From Verrucomicrobiia bacterium (GTDB lineage Bacteria; Verrucomicrobiota; Verrucomicrobiia; Limisphaerales; Palsa-1400): a DNA stretch of 64,000 bases. The position numbers and the translations under genes were made by a program. Under the pieces are notes generated by a model. That model did not search any database. It had not been told where the DNA came from and saw only the letters and a program-made list of their open reading frames with translations. Shown here piece by piece: positions 1 to 9,137 of this stretch. Location: assembly GCA_035551475.1 (NCBI GenBank), contig DASZMX010000133.1, forward strand, positions 21,205 to 85,204, given 5' to 3'. Position 1 is the stretch's first letter, and every line of letters begins with the position of its first letter.

Positions 1-568
1 ACAGAGCGTACGTGGCGACGACGATGAGATAACAAACGCCCAGCGGAAATCGGTCAAAGGCCAGCGCGCCGGCGACCGTGCCGCCGAGAATCGCCACCAG
101 GGTCAGCGCCTCGACCATGCCATTGGCTGTGACGAGGCGATCATTCGGCAGAATTTCCGGCAGGATGCCATATTTTGCCGGTGAATAGACGCACGCGCCA
201 ATGCCGACAACAAAATATCCCCACGCCGTCCAGCCCTGACCCGACGTGATGCTGACGGCGGCGAGAGCGGCGCCAATGAGCTTGATGAGATTGCCCCCCA
301 TCAGCCAATGCGTCTTGGCATAACGATCGTTCAGATAGCCGCTCAATGGCGCCAGCAAAACGTACGGAATGAAAATCAGGCTGGTGAAATAAATATTGGC
401 GACACTTTGCGCTTCGGCCGTGATTGAGCCTTCCCGCAGGCGCGTCATCAACGGCCCAAGAATGGCCATCAAAATGAAGTTATCGCCGAACGCGCTCAGG
501 AACTGGCTGGCGAGCAGCAGCGGATAATTGCGGGCGGCGCGGGGCGCAGATGGTTCGCTGGTGATCAC
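1..568 (-). CDS. MFS transporter, LplT-like (N-terminal 189 codons only; gene runs off the window start)
   Basis: Not in the ORF track because it has no stop in the window. My minus-strand translation from GTG at 568 reads VITSEPSAPRAARNYPLLLASQFLSAFGDNFILMAILGP...GACVYSPAKYGILPEILPNDRLVTANG. It is TM-rich and MFS/lysophospholipid-transporter-like, and the frame is open to position 1. Confidence 0.65.
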   Translation of the reverse strand, partial: MITSEPSAPRAARNYPLLLASQFLSAFGDNFILMAILGPLMTRLREGSITAEAQSVANIYFTSLIFIPYVLLAPLSGYLNDRYAKTHWLMGGNLIKLIGAALAAVSITSGQGWTAWGYFVVGIGACVYSPAKYGILPEILPNDRLVTANGMVEALTLVAILGGTVAGALAFDRFPLGVCYLIVVATYAL

Positions 569-579
569 AGCGCCCGGGG

Positions 580-1023
580 CTAGAGCCGCTTCTCGTCGGC
601 GTCGATATAATCCGTGAAGGTGGTTATATCGTCGCGATGGGACAAGCCAGATTCCGCCTTCCTCATTTTGAGGCGGGCGCGGGCGGAATCCTCGTCGTTG
701 CCGCGATTCAGGACGTACTGGTTGAAGGCCGCTTTTTCGGTTTCGGTTTTCTTGACATTTTGCGTAACCCAATCGGCGACTTGTCCATCGGTGATGGTAT
801 TCTTGACGACGGCGATAAAGTTCTCGGCGGTCAAGCCCGCCGTTTTGAGCCAGTGGCCATCGAAGCCTTTCGTGAAATTCTCCTGGTAATCGGCATGGAG
901 CTTTCCGGCCAGGTGCAGGCGGATTTTGTCCACGAATCGAGGAAGATAAACCCAGCCCGCCATCGTTTCGCGCACACTGCGCGGGTAAATGATTTGTTCC
1001 ATACGCTGTATGTAACACGACAT
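580..1023 (-). CDS. DUF5069 domain protein
   Basis: 147-aa ORF. The N-terminal pattern YPRSVRETMAGWVYLPRFVDKIRLH is one I recognise as DUF5069-like. Alternative start at M8 (1002). Confidence 0.55.
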   Translation of the reverse strand: MSCYIQRMEQIIYPRSVRETMAGWVYLPRFVDKIRLHLAGKLHADYQENFTKGFDGHWLKTAGLTAENFIAVVKNTITDGQVADWVTQNVKKTETEKAAFNQYVLNRGNDEDSARARLKMRKAESGLSHRDDITTFTDYIDADEKRL

Positions 1024-1097
1024 TGGCCAATTTCACGGCAAAAAGAACTCGAGCGGTGGAGAAACTTTGACAAAGTGGCAGGGTTTACGGCGCAGGC

Positions 1098-1766
1098 ATG
1101 CGGACTAGATTTAACAAATGGATCGCCGTCCTGGCGCTATTGGGCCTGATGGTCGGGATTTGGCTGGCGCTGCCTCCGAAAACGCCGGCGACGCTCCCGG
1201 TCTGCATTCTGCCTCAGGGAACGACGGCGCAAGGACCGGCGCCGTTGCTGGATCATTTTTTGTATTCCAGATGGAGGTGGCTGGCGAAAGTCACGAGGAT
1301 GATCGTTGGGCCACGGCGGCAAATCGTTCTCGGCATCCAATTCCTTGAATCGTCCGAAACCATGTCCGCCATCGCGCGCGAGTATGCTTTGGGAACGCCG
1401 CTGGCGGAAAGCAATAACGTGGCCGTGTGGATGCCGGCGGCCAGCGCCTGGCCCGGGCCGCGTGGCGCCTTTAAGCTGGTGAGCGCTCCGCGCATCACGA
1501 CCGCGGATCGCCTGGCCGCGATGGTCAGCGCAGGAACTTTCGCCGCCGGATTTTATGCGCATCTCCTCAGCGACACAGTCGATCTCACGGCTCGCGCACA
1601 AGTCACGGGCGCGGAATCATTCGCGGCGACGGTCCGCGCGCGGCTGTCGTATAATCACATATTAGTCTTGCTGGACACGCTCGATCCCGACCACGCCACG
1701 AACCGCACAGTGATGGTGGTTACTGCGGATGAAATCGATGCGAAGGGAAACAAGGTTGCGCATTGA
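1098..1766 (+). CDS. hypothetical membrane-anchored/exported protein
   Basis: 222-aa ORF with an N-terminal hydrophobic segment (WIAVLALLGLMVGIWLAL). No catalytic motif recognised. It sits directly upstream of the sugar cassette. Confidence 0.5.
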   Translation: MRTRFNKWIAVLALLGLMVGIWLALPPKTPATLPVCILPQGTTAQGPAPLLDHFLYSRWRWLAKVTRMIVGPRRQIVLGIQFLESSETMSAIAREYALGTPLAESNNVAVWMPAASAWPGPRGAFKLVSAPRITTADRLAAMVSAGTFAAGFYAHLLSDTVDLTARAQVTGAESFAATVRARLSYNHILVLLDTLDPDHATNRTVMVVTADEIDAKGNKVAH

Positions 1767-1801
1767 ACTTTGGGGCGGCGCCCGCCATACTGCCGCTTCC
1801 A

Positions 1802-2857
1802 ATGAGCATATTGATTACGGGCAACATGGGATATGTCGGTCCGAGTGTGGTGCGTCAATTGCGGCACAGCCGCCCGGAAGAATTATTGATCGGCTACGAC
1901 ACCGGCTACTTTGCCAACGCCATGACGTCGAGCCTGCTGTTTCCTGAATGCCAGTTGACAGCGCAGCTCTTCGGCGACGTGCGCGGGATTCCCGAAGGCG
2001 TCTTTGACGGCGTGGACGCGGTCGTGCAATTGGCGGCGATCTCCAACGACCCGATGGGCAATGCCTATGAAGCGGTGACGCGGGACATCAATCACGATGC
2101 GAGCATCGACATTGCGCAAAAGGCCAAAGCGGCCGGCGTGAAAAGTTTTGTCTTCGCCTCCAGTTGCAGCGTCTATGGCTTCGCGGAGGACGGCGCGCGC
2201 AATGAGAGTTCCGCGGTCAACCCGCTGACGGCTTATGCGCGCAGCAAAGTGGCGACGGAAACAGATTTGCAGACGCTGGCGGATAAGAATTTCAAGGTGA
2301 CCTGCCTGCGTTTTGCCACGGCCTGCGGCATGAGTCCGCGGTTGCGGCTCGATTTGGTTTTGAACGATTTCGTGGCCAGCGCCATCGCGGCGAAGAAAAT
2401 CACCATCCTGAGCGATGGCACGCCGTGGCGCCCCTTGATCAACACCAAGGACATGGCGCGGGCGATTGATTGGGCCGTGGGACGCAATCCGGCGTCCGGC
2501 GGCGAGTATTTGATTGTCAATGCCGGGAGCGACGAATGGAATTATCAGGTCAAGGATTTGGCCGCTGCCGTCCGCCGGCAGATGCCGCACGTCGAAGTTT
2601 CGATCAACCCGGAGGCGCAACCGGACAAGCGCTCCTATCGCGTGGATTTCTCCCTCTTTCGGCAGCTGGCGCCCAAGCATCAGCCCATTCACAGCCTCGA
2701 CGGCACGGTGCGGGAATTGCGCAGCGGCCTGGAGCAGCTTGGATTTGCCGACGCCAATTTTCGGGAATCGCGGCTGATTCGGCTGAAAATGCTCAACGCC
2801 TTGAAAACATCCGGCAGTTTGACGGACGATCTTTACTGGAAACCCATTACGCCCTAG
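1802..2857 (+). CDS. NAD-dependent epimerase/dehydratase (extended SDR)
   Basis: Rossmann motif ILITGNMGYVG at the N-terminus and catalytic YARSK (YxxxK). Start moved to ATG 1802 (M14 of track ORF 1763..2857). Confidence 0.8.
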   Translation: MSILITGNMGYVGPSVVRQLRHSRPEELLIGYDTGYFANAMTSSLLFPECQLTAQLFGDVRGIPEGVFDGVDAVVQLAAISNDPMGNAYEAVTRDINHDASIDIAQKAKAAGVKSFVFASSCSVYGFAEDGARNESSAVNPLTAYARSKVATETDLQTLADKNFKVTCLRFATACGMSPRLRLDLVLNDFVASAIAAKKITILSDGTPWRPLINTKDMARAIDWAVGRNPASGGEYLIVNAGSDEWNYQVKDLAAAVRRQMPHVEVSINPEAQPDKRSYRVDFSLFRQLAPKHQPIHSLDGTVRELRSGLEQLGFADANFRESRLIRLKMLNALKTSGSLTDDLYWKPITP

Positions 2858-2869
2858 CTTCAGCCCGAT

Positions 2870-4300
2870 ATGCAGAATAATCCCGCGGAACTTAAAGCCG
2901 AAATTCTCCGCCTGACCAAAGAATTTTCGCGCCTCACTCACGGCGCCAACCGCCCGGGTTACGAAACGCCGAATGAAGCGGCGCAACGTCCGAAATTTGT
3001 GGCGGGACAAACGACCGTTCCGTACGCGGGCCGAGTGTTTACGGAGGACGAAGTATCCGCGGCGGTTTCGGCCACGTTGGATTTTTGGCTGACGCTGGGG
3101 AAAGAAGGCGAGGCGCTGGAGGATGGGCTGGCGAAATTCCTGGGCGTCAAGAAGAGCGTGCTGTGCAATTCGGGCTCCTCGGCCAACCTGCTGGCGGTGT
3201 CCGCGTTGTCGAGCCCCAAGCTGGGCAACCGCCGCCTGCAACCCGGCGACGAGATCATCACGGTGGCGGCGGGTTTTCCCACCACGGTCGCGCCCATCGT
3301 GCAAAACGGGTTCGTGCCTGTGTTTCTGGACAACGACCCGAACACGCTCAACGCGCGCGTGGATCAGCTGGAGGAAGGCTTCACTCCAGGCAAAACGAAA
3401 GCCGTGATCTTCGCGCACACGCTGGGGAATCCATTCGACCTGTCGGCGGTGACGGCATTCTGCCGGAAACACGAGTTATGGCTGATCGAGGACAACTGTG
3501 ATGCGCTGGGCTGCACTTACGACGGCAAATTCACCGGAACCTTTGGCGATCTTTCCACCCAATCGTTTTATCCGCCGCACCACATGACGCTCGGTGAAGG
3601 CGGCTCAGTCAACATCGTCCAGAGCTTGAAATTCAAGTCCATCGTGGAGAGTTTCCGCGATTGGGGCCGCGATTGCTGGTGCGCCAGCGGCGTGGACAAC
3701 ACCTGCGGCAAGCGCTTTGACTGGCAGTTGGGCGATCTTCCAAAAGGCTACGATCACAAATTCATCTATTCGCATTTCGGCTACAATTTAAAGCCGCTCG
3801 ATGTGCAAGCCGCCATTGGCCGGGTGCAATTGGAGAAATTGCCGCAATTCATCCAGGCGCGCATTGACAATTGGGAATACATGCGGCGCGGGCTGGCCGA
3901 TCTCGAGGAATTTTTCACTTTCATGCTTCCCACCCACGCGACAGCCTGGACGCCTAAAGGGTTCACCTGGGACGCTTCCGGGCATCGTACGGTCTGCTCC
4001 TGGTTTGGTTTCATGTTGCGCGTGAAGCCCGGCGCGCCCTTCAGCAAATTTGAATTTGCCCGGCATTTGGACCAAAGCAAAATTGGCAACCGCATGCTTT
4101 TCGGGGGAAATCTCGTCCGGCAGCCGGTGATGACGCAATTGAAGAAGGACCGCCCGGAATCGTTCCGCGTTGTCGGCGATCTGGCGGGGGCCGACAAAAT
4201 CATGCAGGAAGCGCTCTTCATCGGCGCTTATCCTGGCCTGACGCACAAGATGCTCGACTACGTCATCGACACGATTCATAAATTCTGCCGTTGTTTCTGA
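2870..4300 (+). CDS. RfbH/DdhC (E1)-like PMP-dependent sugar 3-dehydrase, DegT/DnrJ/EryC1 family
   Basis: 476 aa with VPYAGRVF, CNSGSSANLL and ITVAAGFPTT. In SFYPPHHMTLGEGG a His sits where DegT aminotransferases carry the Schiff-base Lys, as in E1-type 3-dehydrases. Confidence 0.8.
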   Translation: MQNNPAELKAEILRLTKEFSRLTHGANRPGYETPNEAAQRPKFVAGQTTVPYAGRVFTEDEVSAAVSATLDFWLTLGKEGEALEDGLAKFLGVKKSVLCNSGSSANLLAVSALSSPKLGNRRLQPGDEIITVAAGFPTTVAPIVQNGFVPVFLDNDPNTLNARVDQLEEGFTPGKTKAVIFAHTLGNPFDLSAVTAFCRKHELWLIEDNCDALGCTYDGKFTGTFGDLSTQSFYPPHHMTLGEGGSVNIVQSLKFKSIVESFRDWGRDCWCASGVDNTCGKRFDWQLGDLPKGYDHKFIYSHFGYNLKPLDVQAAIGRVQLEKLPQFIQARIDNWEYMRRGLADLEEFFTFMLPTHATAWTPKGFTWDASGHRTVCSWFGFMLRVKPGAPFSKFEFARHLDQSKIGNRMLFGGNLVRQPVMTQLKKDRPESFRVVGDLAGADKIMQEALFIGAYPGLTHKMLDYVIDTIHKFCRCF

Positions 4301-4303
4301 GCA

Positions 4304-5341
4304 ATGCCCGGCGCGCTCCCCATCGCGGACTTGGAGCATGTGCTGGCGCAAACCGCGCCGGAATGGGAGCAAATGCGCGGACGCCGCCTGTTTGTGTCGG
4401 GCGGAACGGGTTTTTTCGGGCGGTGGCTTTTGGAAAGTTTCCTTTTGGCCAACGAACGGCTGGACCTCGGCGCCGAGGCTCTCGTCTTGACGCGAGATGC
4501 GGCGGCATTTCTGCATAAAGCGCCGCATTTGGCGGACCGTTCCGCGCTTCGTTTTCACGAGGGAGATGTCCGCGACTTTTCGTTTCCACCGGGAAAATTC
4601 GACGCGATTATTCACGCGGCGACCGAGGCGAGCGCCAAATTAAATGACGAGAATCCGGGGCTCATGCTGGAAACCATCGTGGAAGGCATGAAAACCATGG
4701 TGAAATTCGCCCGGGCCTGCGGCGCCGGGACAATGCTCTTGACAAGTTCCGGAGCAGTCTATGGCGCGCAGCCGCCGGACCTTGAGCGGACGCCGGAGGA
4801 TTTCATGGGCGCGCCTGATGTGTCGGCGGCGAACGCGGCCTACGGCGAGGGAAAACGCGTCAGCGAACTGCTGGGGCAGATCGAGTCACGGCGAGGGTTG
4901 AAAGTGAAAATCGCGCGCTGCTACGCTTTCGTCGGGCCGGGGTTGCCGCTCGACGCGCATTTCGCGGTGGGCAATTTTATCCGGGACGCGCTGGCGGGGC
5001 GCCCAATTGTCATCCAGGGCGACGGCACGCCGGTGCGCTCTTATCTTTATGCGGCGGACCTGGCGGTCTGGTTGTGGAAGATTCTTTTTGCGGGCGCAAG
5101 CGGGCGACCGTATAACGTGGGGTCAGCCGCTCCGGTGTCGATTGCCGAAACCGCGGCGGCAGTGGCCCGCGCGCTGGGCAGTTCCAGCCGCATCATAGTA
5201 AACCAACAGCCGGTCCCGGGCCGAAAGCCAGCCCGCTACGTGCCGGAGACAACCAGGGCCGAGCGGGAGCTGGGCTTGCGGGCTTGGATCGGGCTGGATG
5301 AAGGCATCAGGCGCACGGCGCAATGGAATAAAAATTCATGA
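4304..5341 (+). CDS. NAD-dependent epimerase/dehydratase or sugar ketoreductase (SDR)
   Basis: 345 aa with Rossmann motif VSGGTGFFGRWL and YGEGK (YxxxK). Starts 3 nt after the previous stop. Confidence 0.75.
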   Translation: MPGALPIADLEHVLAQTAPEWEQMRGRRLFVSGGTGFFGRWLLESFLLANERLDLGAEALVLTRDAAAFLHKAPHLADRSALRFHEGDVRDFSFPPGKFDAIIHAATEASAKLNDENPGLMLETIVEGMKTMVKFARACGAGTMLLTSSGAVYGAQPPDLERTPEDFMGAPDVSAANAAYGEGKRVSELLGQIESRRGLKVKIARCYAFVGPGLPLDAHFAVGNFIRDALAGRPIVIQGDGTPVRSYLYAADLAVWLWKILFAGASGRPYNVGSAAPVSIAETAAAVARALGSSSRIIVNQQPVPGRKPARYVPETTRAERELGLRAWIGLDEGIRRTAQWNKNS

Positions 5342-7140
5342 CACGAGTCGCTGATTATATATTTGACTATTTGGTGAAATCCGGCGGCCAGCATGTTTTC
5401 GTGGTCACGGGCGGCGGCGCCATGTTCCTGAATGACGGTCTGGCGCGTTGCGGCGGCTTGCAATACGTCTGCTGCCACCATGAGCAGGCATGCGCGATGG
5501 CCGCAGAGGCTTATGCGCGCATTTCGGGAAAAATGGGCATCGTCAGCGTGACGACCGGGCCCGGGGGCATCAACGCGCTGAACGGCGTATTTGGCGCCTA
5601 CACCGATTCGATTCCCATGCTGGTCATTTCCGGGCAGGTCAAACGCGAAACCTGTCTGGCCGCGTATGATTTGCCCGCGTTGCGCCAGCTGGGCGACCAG
5701 GAGGTGGACATCATTCGCATGGCGCGCGGCATCACCAAATACGCGGTCCTCGTGCAGGACCCGCTCACGATCCGCTATCATTTGGAGCGCGCGGTTTACA
5801 TGGCCACTCATGGACGCCCCGGCCCTTGCTGGCTGGATATTCCAGTGGACGTGCAATCGGCCATGATCGAGCCGGAACGGCAGAAGGGCTACAATCCCAA
5901 GGACGACGAACCGCGCATCGACGGGTGGGCTCTCGCCAAGACCTGTCAAAATATTATCGCGCATGTGCAGCGGGCGGCGCGCCCCGTCATCATGGCGGGC
6001 ACGGGCGTGCGTTTGGCGGGCGCGGTTGATTTATTTGACACTGTTACCAAAAAGCTGGGCATCCCGGTGACGACCGCGTGGACGGCGGTGGATTTGGTGG
6101 CGACGGATAATCCTTTGTTCTGCGGGCGGCCGTGCAGCATTGGCGATCGGTCGGGCAATTTCACCGTGCAAAATTCCGACGTGCTGCTGGTGTTGGGCTC
6201 GCGGTTAAATATCCGGCAGGTGAGTTACAATTGGAAGGATTTCGCGCGGAATGCGTACGTCGTGCAGGTGGATATTGATCCGGCGGAAATGAAAAAGCCC
6301 ACGATCAAGCCGCATCTGGCGGTGGAATCCGATTTGAAGCCTTTTCTGGAGGAATTCAACCGGCAGATTGACGCCGCAGGGGTCAAAGCCAGCCATCACA
6401 GCGGCTGGCTGGCGTGGTGCCGGGAGCGCGTGGCGCGTTATCCGGTGGTGCAGGAGAAACATCGCACGGGCGCCATGATCAATCCTTATCATTTTCTGGA
6501 CGTGCTCATCCGCAAACTTAAGGCCACGGACACCGTGGCGTGTGGCGATGGGTCGGCTTGCGTGATTCCTTTTCAAGTGGCGTACATCAAAAAAGGGCTG
6601 CGTTTATTCTGCAATTCCGGCGACGCCTCGATGGGTTATGACATCCCGGCGGCGGTGGGCGCGGCGTTTGCCGACCGGTCGCGCCGGGTGATTTGTCTGG
6701 CGGGCGATGGCAGCGGCCACTTCAACATTCAGGAACTGCAAACGATCGTCCAGCATCAGCTTCCAATAAAAATATTCGTCCTCAACAACAACGGCTACCT
6801 TTCGATGCGCATGACGCAAGGCGGCTTTTTCAAGGGGAATTTTATTGGCGAAAGCCCGCGCAGCGGCATCTCCTTCCCCGATTACACCAAAGTGGCGCAA
6901 GCTTACGGCCTGCCCGCCAAGCGAATTGAAAAAGGTGATTTCGCCGCGCAGATTGACGAATTTTTGGAGGCAGAAGGCCCGGGCGTCTGCGAAGTTATTT
7001 TGGATCCCGAGCAAGGGTTCGAGCCGAGGTTAAGCTCGAAGCAATTGCCGGACGGGCGAATTGTGACGGCGCCTTATGAGGATATGGCCCCGTTTCTCAG
7101 CCGCGAGGAATTGGCGGAAAATATGTTTGCCGACAAATGA
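5338..7140 (+). CDS. thiamine diphosphate-dependent enzyme (acetolactate synthase large-subunit-like; YerE-like by context)
   Basis: 600 aa. PYR domain HEQACAMAAEAYARISGKMGIVSVTTGPGGINAL and ThDP-binding motif GDGSGHFNIQELQT...VLNNNGY. ATGA overlap with the upstream stop (5338-5341). Confidence 0.8.
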   Translation: MTRVADYIFDYLVKSGGQHVFVVTGGGAMFLNDGLARCGGLQYVCCHHEQACAMAAEAYARISGKMGIVSVTTGPGGINALNGVFGAYTDSIPMLVISGQVKRETCLAAYDLPALRQLGDQEVDIIRMARGITKYAVLVQDPLTIRYHLERAVYMATHGRPGPCWLDIPVDVQSAMIEPERQKGYNPKDDEPRIDGWALAKTCQNIIAHVQRAARPVIMAGTGVRLAGAVDLFDTVTKKLGIPVTTAWTAVDLVATDNPLFCGRPCSIGDRSGNFTVQNSDVLLVLGSRLNIRQVSYNWKDFARNAYVVQVDIDPAEMKKPTIKPHLAVESDLKPFLEEFNRQIDAAGVKASHHSGWLAWCRERVARYPVVQEKHRTGAMINPYHFLDVLIRKLKATDTVACGDGSACVIPFQVAYIKKGLRLFCNSGDASMGYDIPAAVGAAFADRSRRVICLAGDGSGHFNIQELQTIVQHQLPIKIFVLNNNGYLSMRMTQGGFFKGNFIGESPRSGISFPDYTKVAQAYGLPAKRIEKGDFAAQIDEFLEAEGPGVCEVILDPEQGFEPRLSSKQLPDGRIVTAPYEDMAPFLSREELAENMFADK

Positions 7141-7208
7141 CCGCAGGGAGCGGAAACATTTATTCGTGCCATCCGCGGTGTTCGTGATAAATTTAGATTT
7201 TTCCAGAT

Positions 7209-8297
7209 ATGAATCGTGATGATTTTGAAGATTTGTTCGTTCTCGAAATGACGAACAACCACCTCGGCAGCCTGGAGCGCGGGCTGAAGATCGTGGAGCA
7301 GCATGCCAGAATCGTGCGCTTTAATAATGTCCGCGCGGCGATCAAACTCCAATTTCGCGACATCGACACGTTCATCCATAAGGATTTTCGCGAGCGCTCG
7401 GACATCCGTTACATCAAACGTGTGACGGAAACGAAAATGTCGAAGGCGGATTACGAAACGCTCGTTAACGCCATTCGCAAATACGGCTGCATTCCGATGG
7501 CGACGCCGTTCGACGAGAAATCAGTCGATTGGTGCGTGGAGTTCAACATGCCGCTGATCAAGGTGGCGAGCGCCGACAGCAATGATTGGGTCTTGCTGGA
7601 GAAAATTGCGAAAACGAAAAAGCCGGTGCTGGTGTCGATTGGAGGATTGACGCTGAAAGACATGGACGACATGGTGACGTTTTTCGAAAACCGCAACATC
7701 CCGCTGGCGTTGAACCATTGCGTGGCAGCTTATCCGCACGAGGACGCAGAATGCGAGTTGAGCCAGATCGATTTCCTGCGGAACCGCTACCCGAATCACA
7801 CCATCGGCTATTCGTGCCACGAATACCACGATTGGACGTCGTCGATCATGATCGCATACGCGAAAGGCGCACGAACGTTCGAGCGGCATATCGATATCGA
7901 AGAAGACGGCGCGCCGGTGGCAAAGTATTCCTCGTTGCCCGCGCAAATCGACACCTGGTTCAAGGCCTTCAACAAGGCCAAGGAAATGATCGGCAATTCC
8001 GATGCGCATCGCAAAATTCCGTTGGAAAAAGAAACCGCCTATCTGGACACGTATGTGCGCGGCGTTTATGCGAAAACTGATTTGAAGGAAAATCAGCAAT
8101 TGCTCGAAGAAGACATCTACATGGCAATTCCCCTGCGCAAAGGCCAGATTTCGTCGCGCGAGCTGATGCTCGGGCGTTATGGGCACCGGATGCTGAAGGC
8201 GTGCAAAAAAGATGAGCCGATCACCATCGACATGCTGGACACGCCCTACGCCTACGACGAGCGGTTGAAGCAGGACATCCTGAAACGCGGCATTTAA
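7209..8297 (+). CDS. N-acetylneuraminate synthase (NeuB/SpsE) family protein with C-terminal SAF-like domain
   Basis: 362 aa. NeuB-like pattern LEMTNNHLGSLERGLKIVEQHA...IKLQFR, PFDEKSVDWC, IKVASADSNDWVLLEKIAKTKKPVLVSIGG, GYSCHEY, FERHID. Divergent from the canonical SDH/EKH motifs. Confidence 0.7.
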   Translation: MNRDDFEDLFVLEMTNNHLGSLERGLKIVEQHARIVRFNNVRAAIKLQFRDIDTFIHKDFRERSDIRYIKRVTETKMSKADYETLVNAIRKYGCIPMATPFDEKSVDWCVEFNMPLIKVASADSNDWVLLEKIAKTKKPVLVSIGGLTLKDMDDMVTFFENRNIPLALNHCVAAYPHEDAECELSQIDFLRNRYPNHTIGYSCHEYHDWTSSIMIAYAKGARTFERHIDIEEDGAPVAKYSSLPAQIDTWFKAFNKAKEMIGNSDAHRKIPLEKETAYLDTYVRGVYAKTDLKENQQLLEEDIYMAIPLRKGQISSRELMLGRYGHRMLKACKKDEPITIDMLDTPYAYDERLKQDILKRGI

Positions 8298-8303
8298 TAC
8301 ATC

Positions 8304-9137
8304 GTGAGCGCCACCACCGCCCAGCCACCGGCCGAGAAGAAAAGCTTTCTGCATTTTCTGGATTCCCTGCCCCTCTTCCATGTGCTGGTGCGGACGTTGC
8401 GTCTGCGCCAATTGGCGGGCGCAATGCTGCGGATGAAACCGCGCGTGGGAACGCTCCCGAAAAGCGGCGCGCGCTATCGCTGCCGTTATCTGGAAACCAT
8501 TTTGCTGGCGGACGAGTTGTTCAAGCGCAACGTCTATCTGGAGGCGTTGGCCGCGAAACCGATTTCCACGTTTGTGGACCTTGGCTGCAACGTGGGCCTG
8601 TTTCCGGTCTTATTGACAGAGTTAACCGGGCGCCGCGATTTGCGCGGCTTGTTGATCGACGCCAATCCACAAATGGTCGAGGAGGCGACCTGGCACGCGG
8701 CCACGAACGATTTGAAGCAAGTGATCCCGGTGTTCGGCCTGGCCGGCGCGGCCAATGCGGGACAAAGCGTGGATTTCTATTTGCTGCCGTCGAATTTAGG
8801 GTCGTCGCAATTCCCCGTTTATGAGCCCGGCAAGCCGCAAAAAGGCGCGTGGAAAAAAGTGACGGTGCCGTGCGTCGATGTCGAAACCTTGTGGGTGAAG
8901 CAATTTGGCGATGTCCGCTGCGACATTTTGAAGATGGACATCGAGGGCTCGGAAAAAACCTTTTTGGAGACAGACAAGAAATTTCTGCAACGGGTGGACG
9001 CCATCATTCTGGAATGGCACAAGTGGATCGTCACGCGCGAGCAGGTGGAAGCCATGCTCACCGCGCAGGGTTTCAAGCTGGTGCAAGTGCTGGAGGAATT
9101 GGGGCAAACCGGCATCGCCTGGTACCGCCGGTCATGA
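8304..9137 (+). CDS. FkbM-family SAM-dependent methyltransferase
   Basis: 277 aa with FVDLGCNVGLF (SAM-binding glycine motif) and KMDIEGSE, both typical of the FkbM family. GTG start 6 nt after the NeuB-like stop; the exact start is uncertain. Confidence 0.7.
   Translation: MSATTAQPPAEKKSFLHFLDSLPLFHVLVRTLRLRQLAGAMLRMKPRVGTLPKSGARYRCRYLETILLADELFKRNVYLEALAAKPISTFVDLGCNVGLFPVLLTELTGRRDLRGLLIDANPQMVEEATWHAATNDLKQVIPVFGLAGAANAGQSVDFYLLPSNLGSSQFPVYEPGKPQKGAWKKVTVPCVDVETLWVKQFGDVRCDILKMDIEGSEKTFLETDKKFLQRVDAIILEWHKWIVTREQVEAMLTAQGFKLVQVLEELGQTGIAWYRRS

Noticed and set aside
1883-3472. 529-aa ORF on the minus strand spanning the SDR and RfbH-like genes
   Set aside because: It is antisense to two genes with clear family motifs. 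Its product is Arg/Gly/Ala/His-rich with no motif, which is the typical shadow ORF of high-GC DNA.
5338-7140. Possibility that the ThDP enzyme is the missing IlvB catalytic subunit
   Set aside because: It is embedded in a sugar cassette 35 kb from ilvN. It lacks the ALS-type FQE context I expect (it has LRQLGDQEVD). Kept as a YerE-like/unknown ThDP enzyme; phylogeny would be needed to be certain.
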